Shown: positions 46,349 to 56,911, numbered from the stretch's first letter. The stretch: 64,000 nt of DNA from an uncultured Planctomycetota bacterium (GCA_963752285.1 CAVVXN010000002.1:352001-416000), one strand, 5' to 3'. Program-made: numbers and translations. Notes: generated by a model from the sequence alone, not told the origin.

Positions 46349-47368
46349 CTACCCGACCGGCACGGTGGGCAGCGCGCGGACGACGGCCTCCGTCAGCGCC
46401 TCCGTCGTGCCCGTTCCGCCGAGGTCGGGGGTCAGGACCGCCTTCTCCTCCTTCGTGACCTTCGCGACCGACCGGCGGATCCGGGTGAACGCCTCCGGGT
46501 AGCCGAGATGGTGACACATCATGGCCGCCGAGAGGATCATCGCGATCGGGTTCGCGATCCCTCGGCCCGCGATGTCGGGCGCGCTCCCGTGGATCGCCTC
46601 GAACACGGCGACGTCGTCGCCGTAGTTCGCGCCCGGCGCGAGGCCGAGGCCGCCGATCAGGCCCGCCGCGAGGTCGCTCACGATGTCGCCGTAGAGGTTC
46701 TCGAGCAGGAGGACGTCGTATCGGCCGGGGTTCGTCACGAGGTGCATGCAGAGGGCGTCCACGAGCACGTCGTCGAACGCGATGCCGTCGCCCGACGCCT
46801 TCCCCTCCTCCTCGGCGCAGCGCAGGAAGAGCCCGTCCGCCTTCTTCATGATGTTCGCCTTGTGGACGGCGGTGACGCGCTTCCGCCCCCAGGTCCGGGC
46901 GTACGCGAACGCGAACCGGGCGATCCGGCGGCTCGCGCGGTCCGTGATCACCTTGATCGAGGTCACGACGCCGGGGGCGACCTCGTTCTCGAGGCCCGCG
47001 TAGAGGCTCTCCGTGTTCTCCCGGACGACGACCAGGTCCACCGCGCCGTGCGAGGTCTCGAGACCGGGCACCGTCTTCACGGGCCGCACGTTCGCGTAGA
47101 GGTCCAGCTCGCGCCGCAGGCGGACGTTCGCGGACGCGTGCCCGCGGCCGATGGGGGTGGTGGTCGGGCCCTTCAGCGCCACGCCGGCCCGCCGGATCGT
47201 CTGGACGACCTCGGCCGGGAGGGCGTCGCCCGCCCGGTCGAGCGCGGCGAGGCCCATGTCGCGGTCGATCCAGCGCACGGGGACTCCGGCCGCGTCCACG
47301 ACCCGCCGGGCCGCGCCGGCCACCTCGGGGCCGATTCCGTCGCCGGGGAGGTAGACGACGTCGTGCAT
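46349..47368 (-). CDS. Isocitrate/isopropylmalate dehydrogenase family, NAD-dependent isocitrate dehydrogenase-like
   Basis: PGDGIGPEV, KGPTTTP, SANV.LR, RENTE, HKANIMK, NLYGDIVSD and FEAIHGSAPDIAG motifs. Confidence 0.92.
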   Translation of the reverse strand: MHDVVYLPGDGIGPEVAGAARRVVDAAGVPVRWIDRDMGLAALDRAGDALPAEVVQTIRRAGVALKGPTTTPIGRGHASANVRLRRELDLYANVRPVKTVPGLETSHGAVDLVVVRENTESLYAGLENEVAPGVVTSIKVITDRASRRIARFAFAYARTWGRKRVTAVHKANIMKKADGLFLRCAEEEGKASGDGIAFDDVLVDALCMHLVTNPGRYDVLLLENLYGDIVSDLAAGLIGGLGLAPGANYGDDVAVFEAIHGSAPDIAGRGIANPIAMILSAAMMCHHLGYPEAFTRIRRSVAKVTKEEKAVLTPDLGGTGTTEALTEAVVRALPTVPVG

Positions 47369-47416
47369 GGGCGGGTCTCCGGGGGAAAACGAGCGAGGGT
47401 ACGCGATACTTCCGGC

Positions 47417-49252
47417 GTGATCGGCCTTCTCTCCGGCCCCGGCTCCCCCGCCCGCCGTCTCGCGGGCGAGATCGTGCCCGCCGGGATCGGCGTGGCGGCC
47501 GGCGCGACGGCCGCCACGTTCCTCGGGTTGGTCGGCGGCCTTCTCGTGGGCCTTTCGGCCTGGCTCGCCGCGTCGTTCGTGCTCGCGCGCGTCCGCCGCT
47601 ATCCGACGGCGCGGCGCGTGTATCGCGCGCTCGTGCTCCTCCACGTCCTCTTCTGGACCGCGCGCGGCGTGGTCCTCGCGCGCCCCGAGGCCACCGCGTC
47701 GCCCCGCACGGCCGGGCGCCTCGCCTGGCCCGCACCGGAGAGCTTCCGCGCCGGCGTGGCCACGCGCCCCTTCGCGCTGCCGCCGGGCACCACGCTGGCC
47801 GGCTGGGGCGCCGGTCCGCGGCGCCGCACGGTCCCGGCCTTCTTCGGGCTGGGGGTCCTCGGTCGTCTCTCGCATCGGCTCGCCGGGGCGCCCGCGCCCG
47901 GCGCGCCGCCCCGCGCGCACTACCTCGCCGGGCCCACCGCGCCCGGCGACGTGCTGTCGGCCCGCGCGCTCGTGCTCCGGCCCGACGGCGGCGGGGCACC
48001 GGTCGCGTTCGTGCGCCTCGACCTCGTCGTCGTGGACCCGGGCCTCGTGGACGCGGTCCTTCGCCGGGCGCCACTCGAGGGGCTCGGGCGCGACGGACTC
48101 CTCCTCTTCGCCACGCACACGCACAGCGGGCCCGGCGGCGCGGTCCACGCGCCGCTCGCCGAGGTCCTCGGGGCCGGGCGGTTCGACGCCCGGGTGTTCG
48201 ACGCGGTGGCCGACGCCGCGGCCGGCGCGATCGAGGAGGCCGCGCAGACGGCGCGGGAGGCCCGGCTCTCCGTCGTCGAGGCGAGCGACCTCGACCCGGA
48301 AGGGCTTCCCGGCCTCGTCCGGGGCCGCGGCGAAGCGGCGGACGAGGAGCCCGCGGCGGACCGCGCCCGCATCGACCCGCGCGTCCTCGCGCTCCGCTTC
48401 GACGACGCGGGCGGCGGCGGCCCGATCGCCGTGCTCGTGAGCTACGGCGTGATGCCGGTGATGCTGCGCCCGCGCCACCTCGCGTTCGACCGTGACCTCG
48501 CGGGCGCGATCGAGGACGCGCTCTCGGACGCGCTCCCCGGGCGGCCGCCGGTCCTCTTCGCCAACGGCGCGCCCGGCGACACGACGCCGCGCCGCGGCAC
48601 GGAGTCGGGTCACGAGGCCGCGCGCCGGCTCGCCGACGCGTTCGCGCGCCGTGTCGCCGGGGACCTCGCGGGGCCCGGCCGGACGGCGGCGAAGGTCGCC
48701 GTCCGCGCGGCGCGCGTGCGCCTCGACCCGGGGACGCCGTTCGGCCTCGTCGGCGTCGGCTCGCGCCCCGCCCTCGAGGCGCGCTTCCGCGGGGGGGCGT
48801 TCGGGCCGGACCTCCCCGCGGTCGTGGCCGACGTCGTGGCGCTCCCCGCGAACGTGCTCGTCTGGAGCCTCGGGATCCCGGAGGCGCGCGTCCTCGTGTC
48901 GTTCGACGGGGCGGTCGGCGCCGCGGTCCGCCTCGACGGCGTCGTGCCGCCCGCGGCGCCCGAGGTCGGCGCGATCCGCCTCGAGGACGCGGACGGGCAC
49001 CCGCTCGCCGTCGTGCTCTGGGAGGGCGGCGTCGCCACGCAGGCCGTCCTGAGGACCTGGCGCGCCCGCGCGGAGTCCGAGGGCCTCTTCGCCCCGCTCG
49101 TCGTGGGCCTCGCGAACGGCGCCGCCGGGTACCTGGTCTCGCCCGCCGAGTGGGACGAGGGAGGATACGAGGCCCTCTCCTCGATCTTCGGCCGCGACGG
49201 CGCGGCCGAGGTCGAGGCGGGACTCTTCCTGGCGCTCCGGGACGCGCCGTGA
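47417..49252 (+). CDS. Membrane-anchored neutral/alkaline ceramidase-like hydrolase
   Basis: N-terminal TM helices; ARALVL, ATHTHSGP, F.NGAPGD and GLANG..GY....E...GGYE motifs; start approximate. Confidence 0.75.
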   Translation: MIGLLSGPGSPARRLAGEIVPAGIGVAAGATAATFLGLVGGLLVGLSAWLAASFVLARVRRYPTARRVYRALVLLHVLFWTARGVVLARPEATASPRTAGRLAWPAPESFRAGVATRPFALPPGTTLAGWGAGPRRRTVPAFFGLGVLGRLSHRLAGAPAPGAPPRAHYLAGPTAPGDVLSARALVLRPDGGGAPVAFVRLDLVVVDPGLVDAVLRRAPLEGLGRDGLLLFATHTHSGPGGAVHAPLAEVLGAGRFDARVFDAVADAAAGAIEEAAQTAREARLSVVEASDLDPEGLPGLVRGRGEAADEEPAADRARIDPRVLALRFDDAGGGGPIAVLVSYGVMPVMLRPRHLAFDRDLAGAIEDALSDALPGRPPVLFANGAPGDTTPRRGTESGHEAARRLADAFARRVAGDLAGPGRTAAKVAVRAARVRLDPGTPFGLVGVGSRPALEARFRGGAFGPDLPAVVADVVALPANVLVWSLGIPEARVLVSFDGAVGAAVRLDGVVPPAAPEVGAIRLEDADGHPLAVVLWEGGVATQAVLRTWRARAESEGLFAPLVVGLANGAAGYLVSPAEWDEGGYEALSSIFGRDGAAEVEAGLFLALRDAP

Positions 49253-49313
49253 GGCGGCGCGGCGCGCGGACCGCCCCGCGTCGGGCGCCCGGAGAGGGGT
49301 AGGCTTGTCCGCC

Positions 49314-50222
49314 ATGGCCCACACGACGCGAGTTCCGGGCGCCTGGGCGCCGTGGATCACCCGCGTGATCGGGGTGTGGGTCCTCGCGGGTGCGGTCCTG
49401 AAGCTCTTCTGGGGCGGGCCGAAGGACCTGCCCGTCGTGCTGCTCCGCACGATCCCCGTGGACCCCGCGGTGCTCTACCGCGTGGCCGTCGCGGCCGAGA
49501 TCTCGACCGGCCTCCTCGCGCTCCTGCGCCCCCGGTGGTCCTGGCTCCTCGTGATCTTCCTCCTGCTCTTCTTCGACGCGGTGCTGGCCTACCAGGTCGT
49601 GAGCGGGGAGGCGAGCTGCGGTTGCTTCGGGTCGCGGATCTCGATCTCGCCGCTGGTGATGCTCCCCGTGGACAGCGTCCTCCTCCTGGCGCTCCTGCTC
49701 GCCCGGCCGTGGGCGACGCCGGGCAGCGACGCGGCGGGCGGGGTGCTCGTCGTCCTCGCGGTGGCGGGCGCCGGGGCGCTGCCGTGGGTGCTCGAGAAGG
49801 CCGAGGTGGTCACGCGCCCGCTCACGCTGGACGTGCGGACCTGGGTGGGGCGCCGGCTCGCCGACACGGAGCTCGCCTCCGCGGTGCCGCTCGACCGGCT
49901 CCCGAAGGACGGCACCTGGGTGATCTACTCCGTGAACTGCGAGGTCTGCGCGAAGCTCCTGGAGGACCTGGCGACGCGCGAGCGAGGCCAGGAGCCGGTC
50001 GTGCTCCTCAAGCTCCCGCCGGAGCCCGGAGAGGAGGTGCAGGTCCACCACGAGCCCGAGGGCGGCTGGGTCACCGACCTGGACCTCGACCCGCGCCTCC
50101 CCTGGGCGGTCACGCCACCGCAGGCCTGGCGGCTCCGCGGGGGCGTGGTGGTGTGGGCCGACGGCCCCACCGACACCGAGCGCCTCCAGGAGGAGCTCGA
50201 CCGCCGGCCCCCCGGGGGCTGA
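49314..50222 (+). CDS. MauE/DoxX-type membrane protein fused to a CxxC thioredoxin-like domain
   Basis: TM region with ...AVLK..., AE...G and SCGCFG (MauE-like); C-terminal IYSVNCEVC...TPP; TTG 49305 is an alternative start. Confidence 0.75.
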   Translation: MAHTTRVPGAWAPWITRVIGVWVLAGAVLKLFWGGPKDLPVVLLRTIPVDPAVLYRVAVAAEISTGLLALLRPRWSWLLVIFLLLFFDAVLAYQVVSGEASCGCFGSRISISPLVMLPVDSVLLLALLLARPWATPGSDAAGGVLVVLAVAGAGALPWVLEKAEVVTRPLTLDVRTWVGRRLADTELASAVPLDRLPKDGTWVIYSVNCEVCAKLLEDLATRERGQEPVVLLKLPPEPGEEVQVHHEPEGGWVTDLDLDPRLPWAVTPPQAWRLRGGVVVWADGPTDTERLQEELDRRPPGG

Positions 50223-50274
50223 CGCCGGGCCGCGGCGACCCTCGTACCTCGGCGCCGAGCGCCCGCGGGACCCT

Positions 50275-50970
50275 TCAGTTGAGGTGCGGGTCGGCGACGT
50301 CCACCGCGCGCGGCGCGTCCTCCGCGGCCTTCGACTCGAGGTGGTGGATCAGGATCTCGAAGCGCCGGAGCACGTCCACCTCCTCCAGGAGCTCGTAGAG
50401 GACGTCGCGGGGGAGGTCGCTCGCGTGGGCGACGGCGTCGGCGTACCGGCCGGGCGCGGCGTCGATGCCGCGCACCTGCTCCGACATGCGCCGGAGCCCC
50501 CAGACCATCGGCTTGCGGCCCGGGATCATCTCGAGCGCCCGGCGCATGCGGTGGGCCACCACCTCGTCGTTCCCGGGCGGCACGACGTCGGAGAGCAGGT
50601 CCACACGCGCGACGCGGTACGGCGCGGACGCGACCTCCTCCCGGATCCTCCCGCGCGCGATGCCGTACAGCAGGATCTCGACGTGGCCGTTCGGCTTCTT
50701 CCGGTGCCGGAGGATCTTGCCGAGGCACACGACGGGGTGGATCTCCGGCCGGCCCTCGTAGTCGGCCTCGTAGCCGGGCTTGAGGAGCGCGGTGGCGATC
50801 AATCCGTCGTCGGGCACCGCGTCCTCGACCATCTTCACGTACCGGTCCTCGAACACGTTCAAGGGGGCGAAGCCGTCGGGGAGGAGCACGACCGAGGGGA
50901 GCGGGAAGAGCCGCGCGTTCCCCGAGAAGGTGTCGAGGATCGCTCGGACGTCGAGCTGCGGAGCGGCCAT
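50275..50970 (-). CDS. LON peptidase substrate-binding (N-terminal) domain protein
   Basis: LFPLP.VVLLP...PLNVFEDRY..MV.DA and ELLEE.DV..R motifs; no ATPase or protease domain. Confidence 0.88.
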   Translation of the reverse strand: MAAPQLDVRAILDTFSGNARLFPLPSVVLLPDGFAPLNVFEDRYVKMVEDAVPDDGLIATALLKPGYEADYEGRPEIHPVVCLGKILRHRKKPNGHVEILLYGIARGRIREEVASAPYRVARVDLLSDVVPPGNDEVVAHRMRRALEMIPGRKPMVWGLRRMSEQVRGIDAAPGRYADAVAHASDLPRDVLYELLEEVDVLRRFEILIHHLESKAAEDAPRAVDVADPHLN

Positions 50971-51053
50971 CGAGATGGAGCATACCCCCGCCGCGAACCC
51001 CCGCGCCGCGTCCCGTGCCGGCGGCGGAGTCGATCTCGTGGTTCCATGGACGC

Positions 51054-51839
51054 ATGGACCGGGACCACCTCGACGATCTGCTGCAGAAGGTCCGGGACGG
51101 GACCGTGGACGTCGCCGAGGCCGCGCGTGCCATCGCGGGGATCCTGCCGCAGGCGGGCGCTCCGGGCTCCGCCGCCCGGCCCTGGACGATCGACCACCAC
51201 CGGGGCGTTCGCTGCGGCTTTCCCGAGGTCGTGTACGGCGAGGCGAAGACCCCCGACGACCTCGTGTCGATCGCGGCCGAGGTGCTGCGGCGATCGGAGA
51301 CGCTGCTCGTGACGCGCGTAGACGCCGAGCGGGCGGCGCGGCTCCTCGCGGCGTTTCCCGACGCGCGCCATCACGAGCGCGCGCGCGCCGTCGTGGTCGC
51401 GCGCGGCGCACGGCCGCCCGGACGCCCGGGCGTGCTCGTCCTCGCCGCGGGCACCGCCGACGTCCCCGTCGCCGAAGAGGCGCGCGTCACCGCGGAGGCG
51501 ATGGGGGAGGCGCCGACCCCGCTCTACGACGTCGGGGTGGCCGGGCTCCACCGGCTCCTCTCGCGGCACGAGGCCCTCCGTGCCGCGCGTGTCGTGGTCG
51601 TCGTGGCCGGGATGGAGGGCGCGCTCCCGACCGTGGTCGGGGGCCTCGTCGCGGTGCCGGTGATCGCCGTGCCGACGTCGGTCGGCTACGGCGTCGGCGT
51701 GGGAGGGGTCCCGGCCCTGCTCACGATGCTCAGCTCGTGCGCGCCGAACGTCACGGTCGTGAACGTGGACAACGGGTTCGGCGCGGGCTACGTGGCGTCG
51801 TTGATCAACCGCGGCGTCCCGGAGGGCCCGGGGGGGTAG
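51054..51839 (+). CDS. larB: Nickel pincer cofactor biosynthesis protein LarB
   Basis: DHHR..RCGFPEVVYGE.KT, AGTAD.PVAEEA, DVGVAGLHRL, AGMEGALP, PTSVGYG, ML.SCA and VVNVDNGFGA motifs. Confidence 0.95.
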   Translation: MDRDHLDDLLQKVRDGTVDVAEAARAIAGILPQAGAPGSAARPWTIDHHRGVRCGFPEVVYGEAKTPDDLVSIAAEVLRRSETLLVTRVDAERAARLLAAFPDARHHERARAVVVARGARPPGRPGVLVLAAGTADVPVAEEARVTAEAMGEAPTPLYDVGVAGLHRLLSRHEALRAARVVVVVAGMEGALPTVVGGLVAVPVIAVPTSVGYGVGVGGVPALLTMLSSCAPNVTVVNVDNGFGAGYVASLINRGVPEGPGG

Positions 51840-51923
51840 CGCCGCGCGCGGGGGGGGCCACGCGACGCGGGCGGCCTCGCGACGGGCACGCCGTGGGCCC
51901 GCCGACTGCTATCCTCTCCGCCC

Positions 51924-53072
51924 GTGTCCGAGTCGCGCCCCGCCCTGCTCGTCCTCGCCGACGGCACCGTGTTCGAGGGCCGCGCCTTCGGCGCGTCCGG
52001 GGAGCGCCGGGGCGAGGTCGTCTTCAACACGGCGATGACCGGCTACCAGGAGATCGCGACCGATCCTTCGTACGCCGGCCAGATCGTGTGCATGACGTAC
52101 CCGCACATCGGGAACTACGGCGTGAACCCCGACGACGTCGAGGCCTCGCACCCGTGGATCGAGGGCATGGCCGTCCGCGAGCTGAGCCCCGTCAGGAGCA
52201 ACTTCCGCTCGACCGAGAAGCTCGAGACCTGGTTCGCCCGGATGGGCGTGGTCGGGATCGAGGGCATCGACACGCGGCGCCTCACCCGCCGGCTCCGGCG
52301 GGACGGGGCCGTGAACGGCGTGCTCTCGACGGAGGACCTCGACGCGGGGCGCCTCGCCGAGAAGGCCCGGTCGGGGCCCTCGATGCAGGGGCTCGACCTC
52401 GTCCGGACCGTCTCCTGCTCGAAGTCCTACACGTGGGACGAGGGCTGGCCGGAGCCGTGGTTCCAGGGACCGCGCGAGCGTCCGGAGGGGGGCTGGAGCC
52501 CCGTCTACCGCATCACGGCGATGGACTTCGGGATCAAGCGGAACATCCTCAGGTCCCTCAAGGCGTACGGCTTCGAGGCCACCGTGGTACCGGCCCGGAC
52601 GACGGCCGCCGAGATCCTCGCGACCCGGCCCGACGGCGTCTTCCTCTCGAACGGCCCCGGCGACCCCGCGGCCGTGCCCTACGCGATCGAGACGATCCGC
52701 GGCCTGCTCGGAAAGGTCCCGCTCTTCGGCATCTGCCTCGGACACCAGCTCCTGGCGCTCGCCGCGGGCGCGCGGACGTACAAGCTCAAGTTCGGCCACC
52801 GCGGCGCGAACCATCCCGTGCGCGACCACGCGACGCGCGCCATCGAGATCACGAGCCAGAACCACGGGTTCGTGGTGGACGAGGCGAGCCTCGAGGGCAC
52901 GGGCTTTCACGCGACGCACACGAACCTGAACGACGGGACCAATGCGGGCGTCGCGAGCGACGAGCGCCGCGCCTTCGGCGTCCAGTACCACCCCGAGGCC
53001 GCCCCGGGTCCCCACGACGCGCACCACCTCTTCCTCCGGTTCCGCCGCCTGATCGCGGGCGGCGCCGCCTGA
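51924..53072 (+). CDS. carA: Carbamoyl-phosphate synthase small subunit
   Basis: GEVVFNTAMTGYQE..TDPSY, SNGPGDP, GICLGHQ, TSQNHGF and QYHPEA motifs. Confidence 0.97.
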   Translation: MSESRPALLVLADGTVFEGRAFGASGERRGEVVFNTAMTGYQEIATDPSYAGQIVCMTYPHIGNYGVNPDDVEASHPWIEGMAVRELSPVRSNFRSTEKLETWFARMGVVGIEGIDTRRLTRRLRRDGAVNGVLSTEDLDAGRLAEKARSGPSMQGLDLVRTVSCSKSYTWDEGWPEPWFQGPRERPEGGWSPVYRITAMDFGIKRNILRSLKAYGFEATVVPARTTAAEILATRPDGVFLSNGPGDPAAVPYAIETIRGLLGKVPLFGICLGHQLLALAAGARTYKLKFGHRGANHPVRDHATRAIEITSQNHGFVVDEASLEGTGFHATHTNLNDGTNAGVASDERRAFGVQYHPEAAPGPHDAHHLFLRFRRLIAGGAA

Positions 53073-53170
53073 GGCCGACGCCCGAGGGCGCCGTCGATGG
53101 GCCCAGGGGCCCGGATCGGGCGTCCGCGCCGCCTCCGGGCTACCATGACCGTTTCCGGCCGGGAGGCCCG

Positions 53171-54469
53171 ATGGCGGTCACTTGCGTCTTCGGCATGCAG
53201 TGGGGCGACGAGGGGAAGGGGCGCATCGTAGACCTCCTCGCCGCCCGTTCGGACGTGGTCGTCCGCTACCAGGGGGGCGCCAACGCGGGCCACACCGTGG
53301 TCGTGGGGGACGAACGCTACGTCCTCCACATGCTCCCCTCGGGCGTGATCCAGCCCCACACGACGAACGTCATCGCGAACGGCGTGGTCGTGGACCCGTG
53401 GACGCTGCTCGAGGAGATCGACGACCTCGCGGCGCGCGGCATCGACCTGGCGGGCCGGCTGCTCGTCTCGGACCGGGCCCACGTCGTGCTGCCGTACCAC
53501 CGGCGGATGGACCAGGCGATGGAGGCCCTCCGCGGCGCGGCGGCGATCGGGACCACGAGTCGCGGCATCGGCCCGGCGTACGGCGACAAGTCGATGCGCG
53601 AGGGGTTCCGGGTGGCGGACCTCCTGCGCATGGACCGCGCGGAGACGCGTCTCCGCGCCCACCTCGCGGCGCGGAACGAGATCCTGTCCCGCGCGGGCCT
53701 CGAGCCCCTCGACGCCGACGAGGTGGTCGGCGCGATCCGGGAGGTGATGGGCCGGATCCGGGGCTACGTGACCGACACCACGGCCTGGCTCCTCGACGCG
53801 TGGCGCGGGGGCCGCTCGATCATCCTGGAGGGCGCCCAGGGCTTCGCGCTCGACGTGGACCAGGGGTCCTACCCGTACGTGACGTCCAGCCACACCGGGC
53901 CGTCCGGGGTCGCCTCCGGCACGGGCCTCCCGCCGAAGGCGATCGACGACGTCCTCGGCATCCTGAAGGCGTACGCCACGCGCGTCGGCGCGGGCCCCTT
54001 CCCGACGGAGGACCGGGGTCCCGCGGGACGCCACCTCGCCAAGCGCGGCCACGAGTTCGGCGCCACGACGGGCCGGCCGCGCTCGTGCGGGTGGTTCGAC
54101 GCGGTCGCGGCCCGCCGGGCCGCCGCGTGCGAGGGCGTGGACCGCGTGGCGCTGATGAAGCTCGACGTGCTCTCGGGTCTCGACGAGATCCGGCTCGCCG
54201 AGGCGTACGAGATCGACGGGCGTCGCCTCGACGTTCCGCCGGCGAGCGCCGAGGACTGGGCCCTCTGCCGGCCCGTGTACCGGGTCTTCCCCGGCTGGGG
54301 CGAGGACCTCGCGGGCGTGCGCCGGTTCGCCGACCTCCCCGCCGCGGCGCAGGCGTACGTGCGTGCGGTGCAGGACGTCCTGGGGGTCCCCGTCGGGATG
54401 ATCAGCGTCGGCGCCGAGCGCGAGCGCTCGATCGAGATGGCCGCCGGCGTTCCCGTGGCGTCGGCCTGA
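53171..54469 (+). CDS. purA: Adenylosuccinate synthetase
   Basis: QWGDEGKG, GGANAGHT, EGAQG, TRVG.GPFPTE, GATTGRPR..GWFD and KLDVL motifs; GGAGG RBS. Confidence 0.97.
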   Translation: MAVTCVFGMQWGDEGKGRIVDLLAARSDVVVRYQGGANAGHTVVVGDERYVLHMLPSGVIQPHTTNVIANGVVVDPWTLLEEIDDLAARGIDLAGRLLVSDRAHVVLPYHRRMDQAMEALRGAAAIGTTSRGIGPAYGDKSMREGFRVADLLRMDRAETRLRAHLAARNEILSRAGLEPLDADEVVGAIREVMGRIRGYVTDTTAWLLDAWRGGRSIILEGAQGFALDVDQGSYPYVTSSHTGPSGVASGTGLPPKAIDDVLGILKAYATRVGAGPFPTEDRGPAGRHLAKRGHEFGATTGRPRSCGWFDAVAARRAAACEGVDRVALMKLDVLSGLDEIRLAEAYEIDGRRLDVPPASAEDWALCRPVYRVFPGWGEDLAGVRRFADLPAAAQAYVRAVQDVLGVPVGMISVGAERERSIEMAAGVPVASA

Positions 54470-54479
54470 CGGAGCGCCG

Positions 54480-55370
54480 ATGGAGGGCACGTTGACGGCG
54501 GCGACGCGTCCGGCGGACCCGAGGGCGCGGCGGCGCGCGATCTGGATCCGGCTGGTGGTCGCGCCGATCTCGCTCGCCGTCGTGGTGGGCGTGCTCTTCC
54601 TGCACGACCGCACCGGGAACCCGCTCCCGACCGACGTCCTCCTCGCGGTCCTCGGCGCGGGGGCCGCGTTCGAGCTCGCGCGCGTGCTCCGGACCGGCGG
54701 CGTGGAGGCGGACCTCGCGGTCGCGACGGTGGCGAGCGGCCTCACGGCGGGCGTCGGACTCTTCGCGCCCTTCGATCCCGCGGCGCGGATGGCGGCGCGG
54801 GCGATCCTGCCCGTCGCGGCGCTCACCGCGCTCCTGTTCCTCCGGCTCCTCGACCTCCGGCGGGCGTCACTCGCCGGACTCTCGGCGACGATCCTGCCGA
54901 TCGTCTACGTCGGCCTCCCGCTCGGCTTCGCCCGCGAGATCGACGGCACGCAGGACCTCGCCCGGTGGCTCGTGTACGTCGTGGTCGTGGCGAAGGCGAG
55001 CGACATCGGCGGCTGGGTCGTCGGGAAGCCGCTCGGCCGCCACAAGCTGATCCCGGCCGTCTCGCCCGGGAAGTCGTGGGAGGGCCTCGCGGGCGGCCTC
55101 GCGCTCTCCCTCCTCGCCGCGGTCCTGCTCCCCGAGCCGCTCGCGATCGGCGCGACCGGATGGTCGGTCGCGAAGCGCGCGGCATTCGGTCTGCTGCTCG
55201 GCGTGGCCTCCGTCGCGGCGGGTCTCACGCACAGCGCGTTCAAGCGGCGGGCCGGCGTCAAGGACTCCGCGCCGCTGATCCCCGAGATGGGCGGGCTGCT
55301 CGACATGGTGGACTCGATGCTCCTCGCCGCGCCGGTCGCGTGGCTCTGGTTCGCGGTGGGCCTGGGCTGA
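54480..55370 (+). CDS. cdsA: Phosphatidate cytidylyltransferase
   Basis: SDIG...G..LGRHKL.P.VSPGKSWEG and S.FKR.AGVKDS..LIP..GGLLD..DS motifs. Confidence 0.93.
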   Translation: MEGTLTAATRPADPRARRRAIWIRLVVAPISLAVVVGVLFLHDRTGNPLPTDVLLAVLGAGAAFELARVLRTGGVEADLAVATVASGLTAGVGLFAPFDPAARMAARAILPVAALTALLFLRLLDLRRASLAGLSATILPIVYVGLPLGFAREIDGTQDLARWLVYVVVVAKASDIGGWVVGKPLGRHKLIPAVSPGKSWEGLAGGLALSLLAAVLLPEPLAIGATGWSVAKRAAFGLLLGVASVAAGLTHSAFKRRAGVKDSAPLIPEMGGLLDMVDSMLLAAPVAWLWFAVGLG

Positions 55371-55400
55371 CCAGACGGGACCCACCGCCGGGAGACGCAG

Positions 55401-56432
55401 TTGACGAAGGTCCGAATCGCCGGCACGGGGACCGAGGAGCAGCGCACGCTCTTCGGGCCGATGGACCGCCACCTCCGCGCGCTCCGCGAGGACGCGGGCG
55501 TTCGCATCACGGCGCGGAAGGACGCGCTGTTCCTGGAGGGCGACGACGAGACGCGCGTGCGCGAGGTCGAGCGGCGCGTGCGCCAGGCGCTCCGCGAGAT
55601 GCGGTCGTCGCGGGAGCCCCTCGGGGAGGATGTGGTCGAGGACCTGCTCCTCGGCCGCCGCGACGGCGAGCGCGGGCTCCCCATGCCCGGCACCGCGTCC
55701 GGCGCGCCCGCGGGGCTCCCGCGCACGCGCGGGCCGGTCCGCCGGTCGGCCGCGAGCCCGCCGGGCATGCCCGAGCCCCTGACCGCCAACCAACAGCGGT
55801 ACGTGCGCGCGATCAAGAAGTGCGACGTCGTGTTCAGCATCGGTCCCGCGGGCACGGGCAAGACGTACCTCGCCGTCGCCGAGGCCGTCGCGGCGCTCCG
55901 CGACGGCGACGTGCGCCGGCTCGTCCTGACGCGCCCCGCGGTGGAGGCCGGCGAGAAGCTCGGGTTCCTGCCGGGCGACTTCCAGGCCAAGGTCAACCCG
56001 TACCTGAGGCCGCTCTACGACGCGCTCGGCGAGCTCCTTCCGTACGGCGAGGTGAAGCGCGCGCTCGACCGCGACGTCATCGAGATCGCGCCCCTCGCGT
56101 ACATGCGCGGGCGGACGCTGAAGGAGGCGTTCATCATCCTCGACGAGGCGCAGAACACGACGCCCTCGCAGATGAAGATGTTCCTCACGCGCATGGGCAA
56201 GGGCTCGAAGATGGTCGTGAACGGCGACGTCACGCAGGTGGACCTCCCGGACGACACCACGTCCGGGCTCGTAGACGCGATCCGCATCCTCGATGGCGTG
56301 AAGGGCATCGCCGTCGTGCGCCTCGGCCCGAAGGACATCGTCCGCCATCCGCTGGTGCAGCGGATCGTGGACGCGTACGAGCAGCGAGAGGACCCCCGGC
56401 GCGCGGCGGCCACCGACCCGAGCGGCGCGTGA
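55401..56432 (+). CDS. phoH: PhoH family ATPase
   Basis: [38 protein letters not shown] and DIVRHPLV motifs. Confidence 0.96.
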   Translation: MTKVRIAGTGTEEQRTLFGPMDRHLRALREDAGVRITARKDALFLEGDDETRVREVERRVRQALREMRSSREPLGEDVVEDLLLGRRDGERGLPMPGTASGAPAGLPRTRGPVRRSAASPPGMPEPLTANQQRYVRAIKKCDVVFSIGPAGTGKTYLAVAEAVAALRDGDVRRLVLTRPAVEAGEKLGFLPGDFQAKVNPYLRPLYDALGELLPYGEVKRALDRDVIEIAPLAYMRGRTLKEAFIILDEAQNTTPSQMKMFLTRMGKGSKMVVNGDVTQVDLPDDTTSGLVDAIRILDGVKGIAVVRLGPKDIVRHPLVQRIVDAYEQREDPRRAAATDPSGA

Positions 56433-56911
56433 GCGAGCGGACCGCGGCGACGGTGGGCCTCCACGTCGAGGGCGTCCGCGTCCCGGGGGGCCGGGCCCGG
56501 CTCCGCGCGGCCCTCCTCCGGCTCGGCGCCTACGCCGCCGGGCGGGCCGAGCGGCCGGTGGAGCTCTCGTTCGCCCTCGTCACGGACGACCGGATGGCGG
56601 CGCTGAACCAGGGCTTCCTGGGCCACGAGGGCCCGACCGACGTCCTCTCGTTTCCCCTCCAGGAGGAGCCGCGCCTCGTGGGCGACGTCGTGATCTCGGT
56701 GGACACGGCGCGGCGGGAGGCGGAAAGGCGGCGGCACCCGGCGTACGATGAGGTCGTGCTGTACGCGGTCCACGGGGTCCTCCACCTCCTGGGCCACGAC
56801 GATCACGACCCGGCCTCGCGCCGGCGGATGCGACGCGCGGAACGCCGCGTGCTCCGCGCGCTCGGGGTCGAGCCCGTCTTCCGTCGCCGTCCGGGGAGGA
56901 CACGAAGATGA
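56429..56911 (+). CDS. ybeY: rRNA maturation RNase YbeY
   Basis: TDVLSFP and [12 protein letters not shown] motifs; coupled to phoH by GTGA. Confidence 0.94.
   Translation: MSERTAATVGLHVEGVRVPGGRARLRAALLRLGAYAAGRAERPVELSFALVTDDRMAALNQGFLGHEGPTDVLSFPLQEEPRLVGDVVISVDTARREAERRRHPAYDEVVLYAVHGVLHLLGHDDHDPASRRRMRRAERRVLRALGVEPVFRRRPGRTRR

Noticed and set aside
51054..51839. Calling this gene purE because of its purA/carA neighbours
   Set aside because: It has the LarB-specific N-terminal DxxRxxRxGFPEV region and the PTSVGYG motif.
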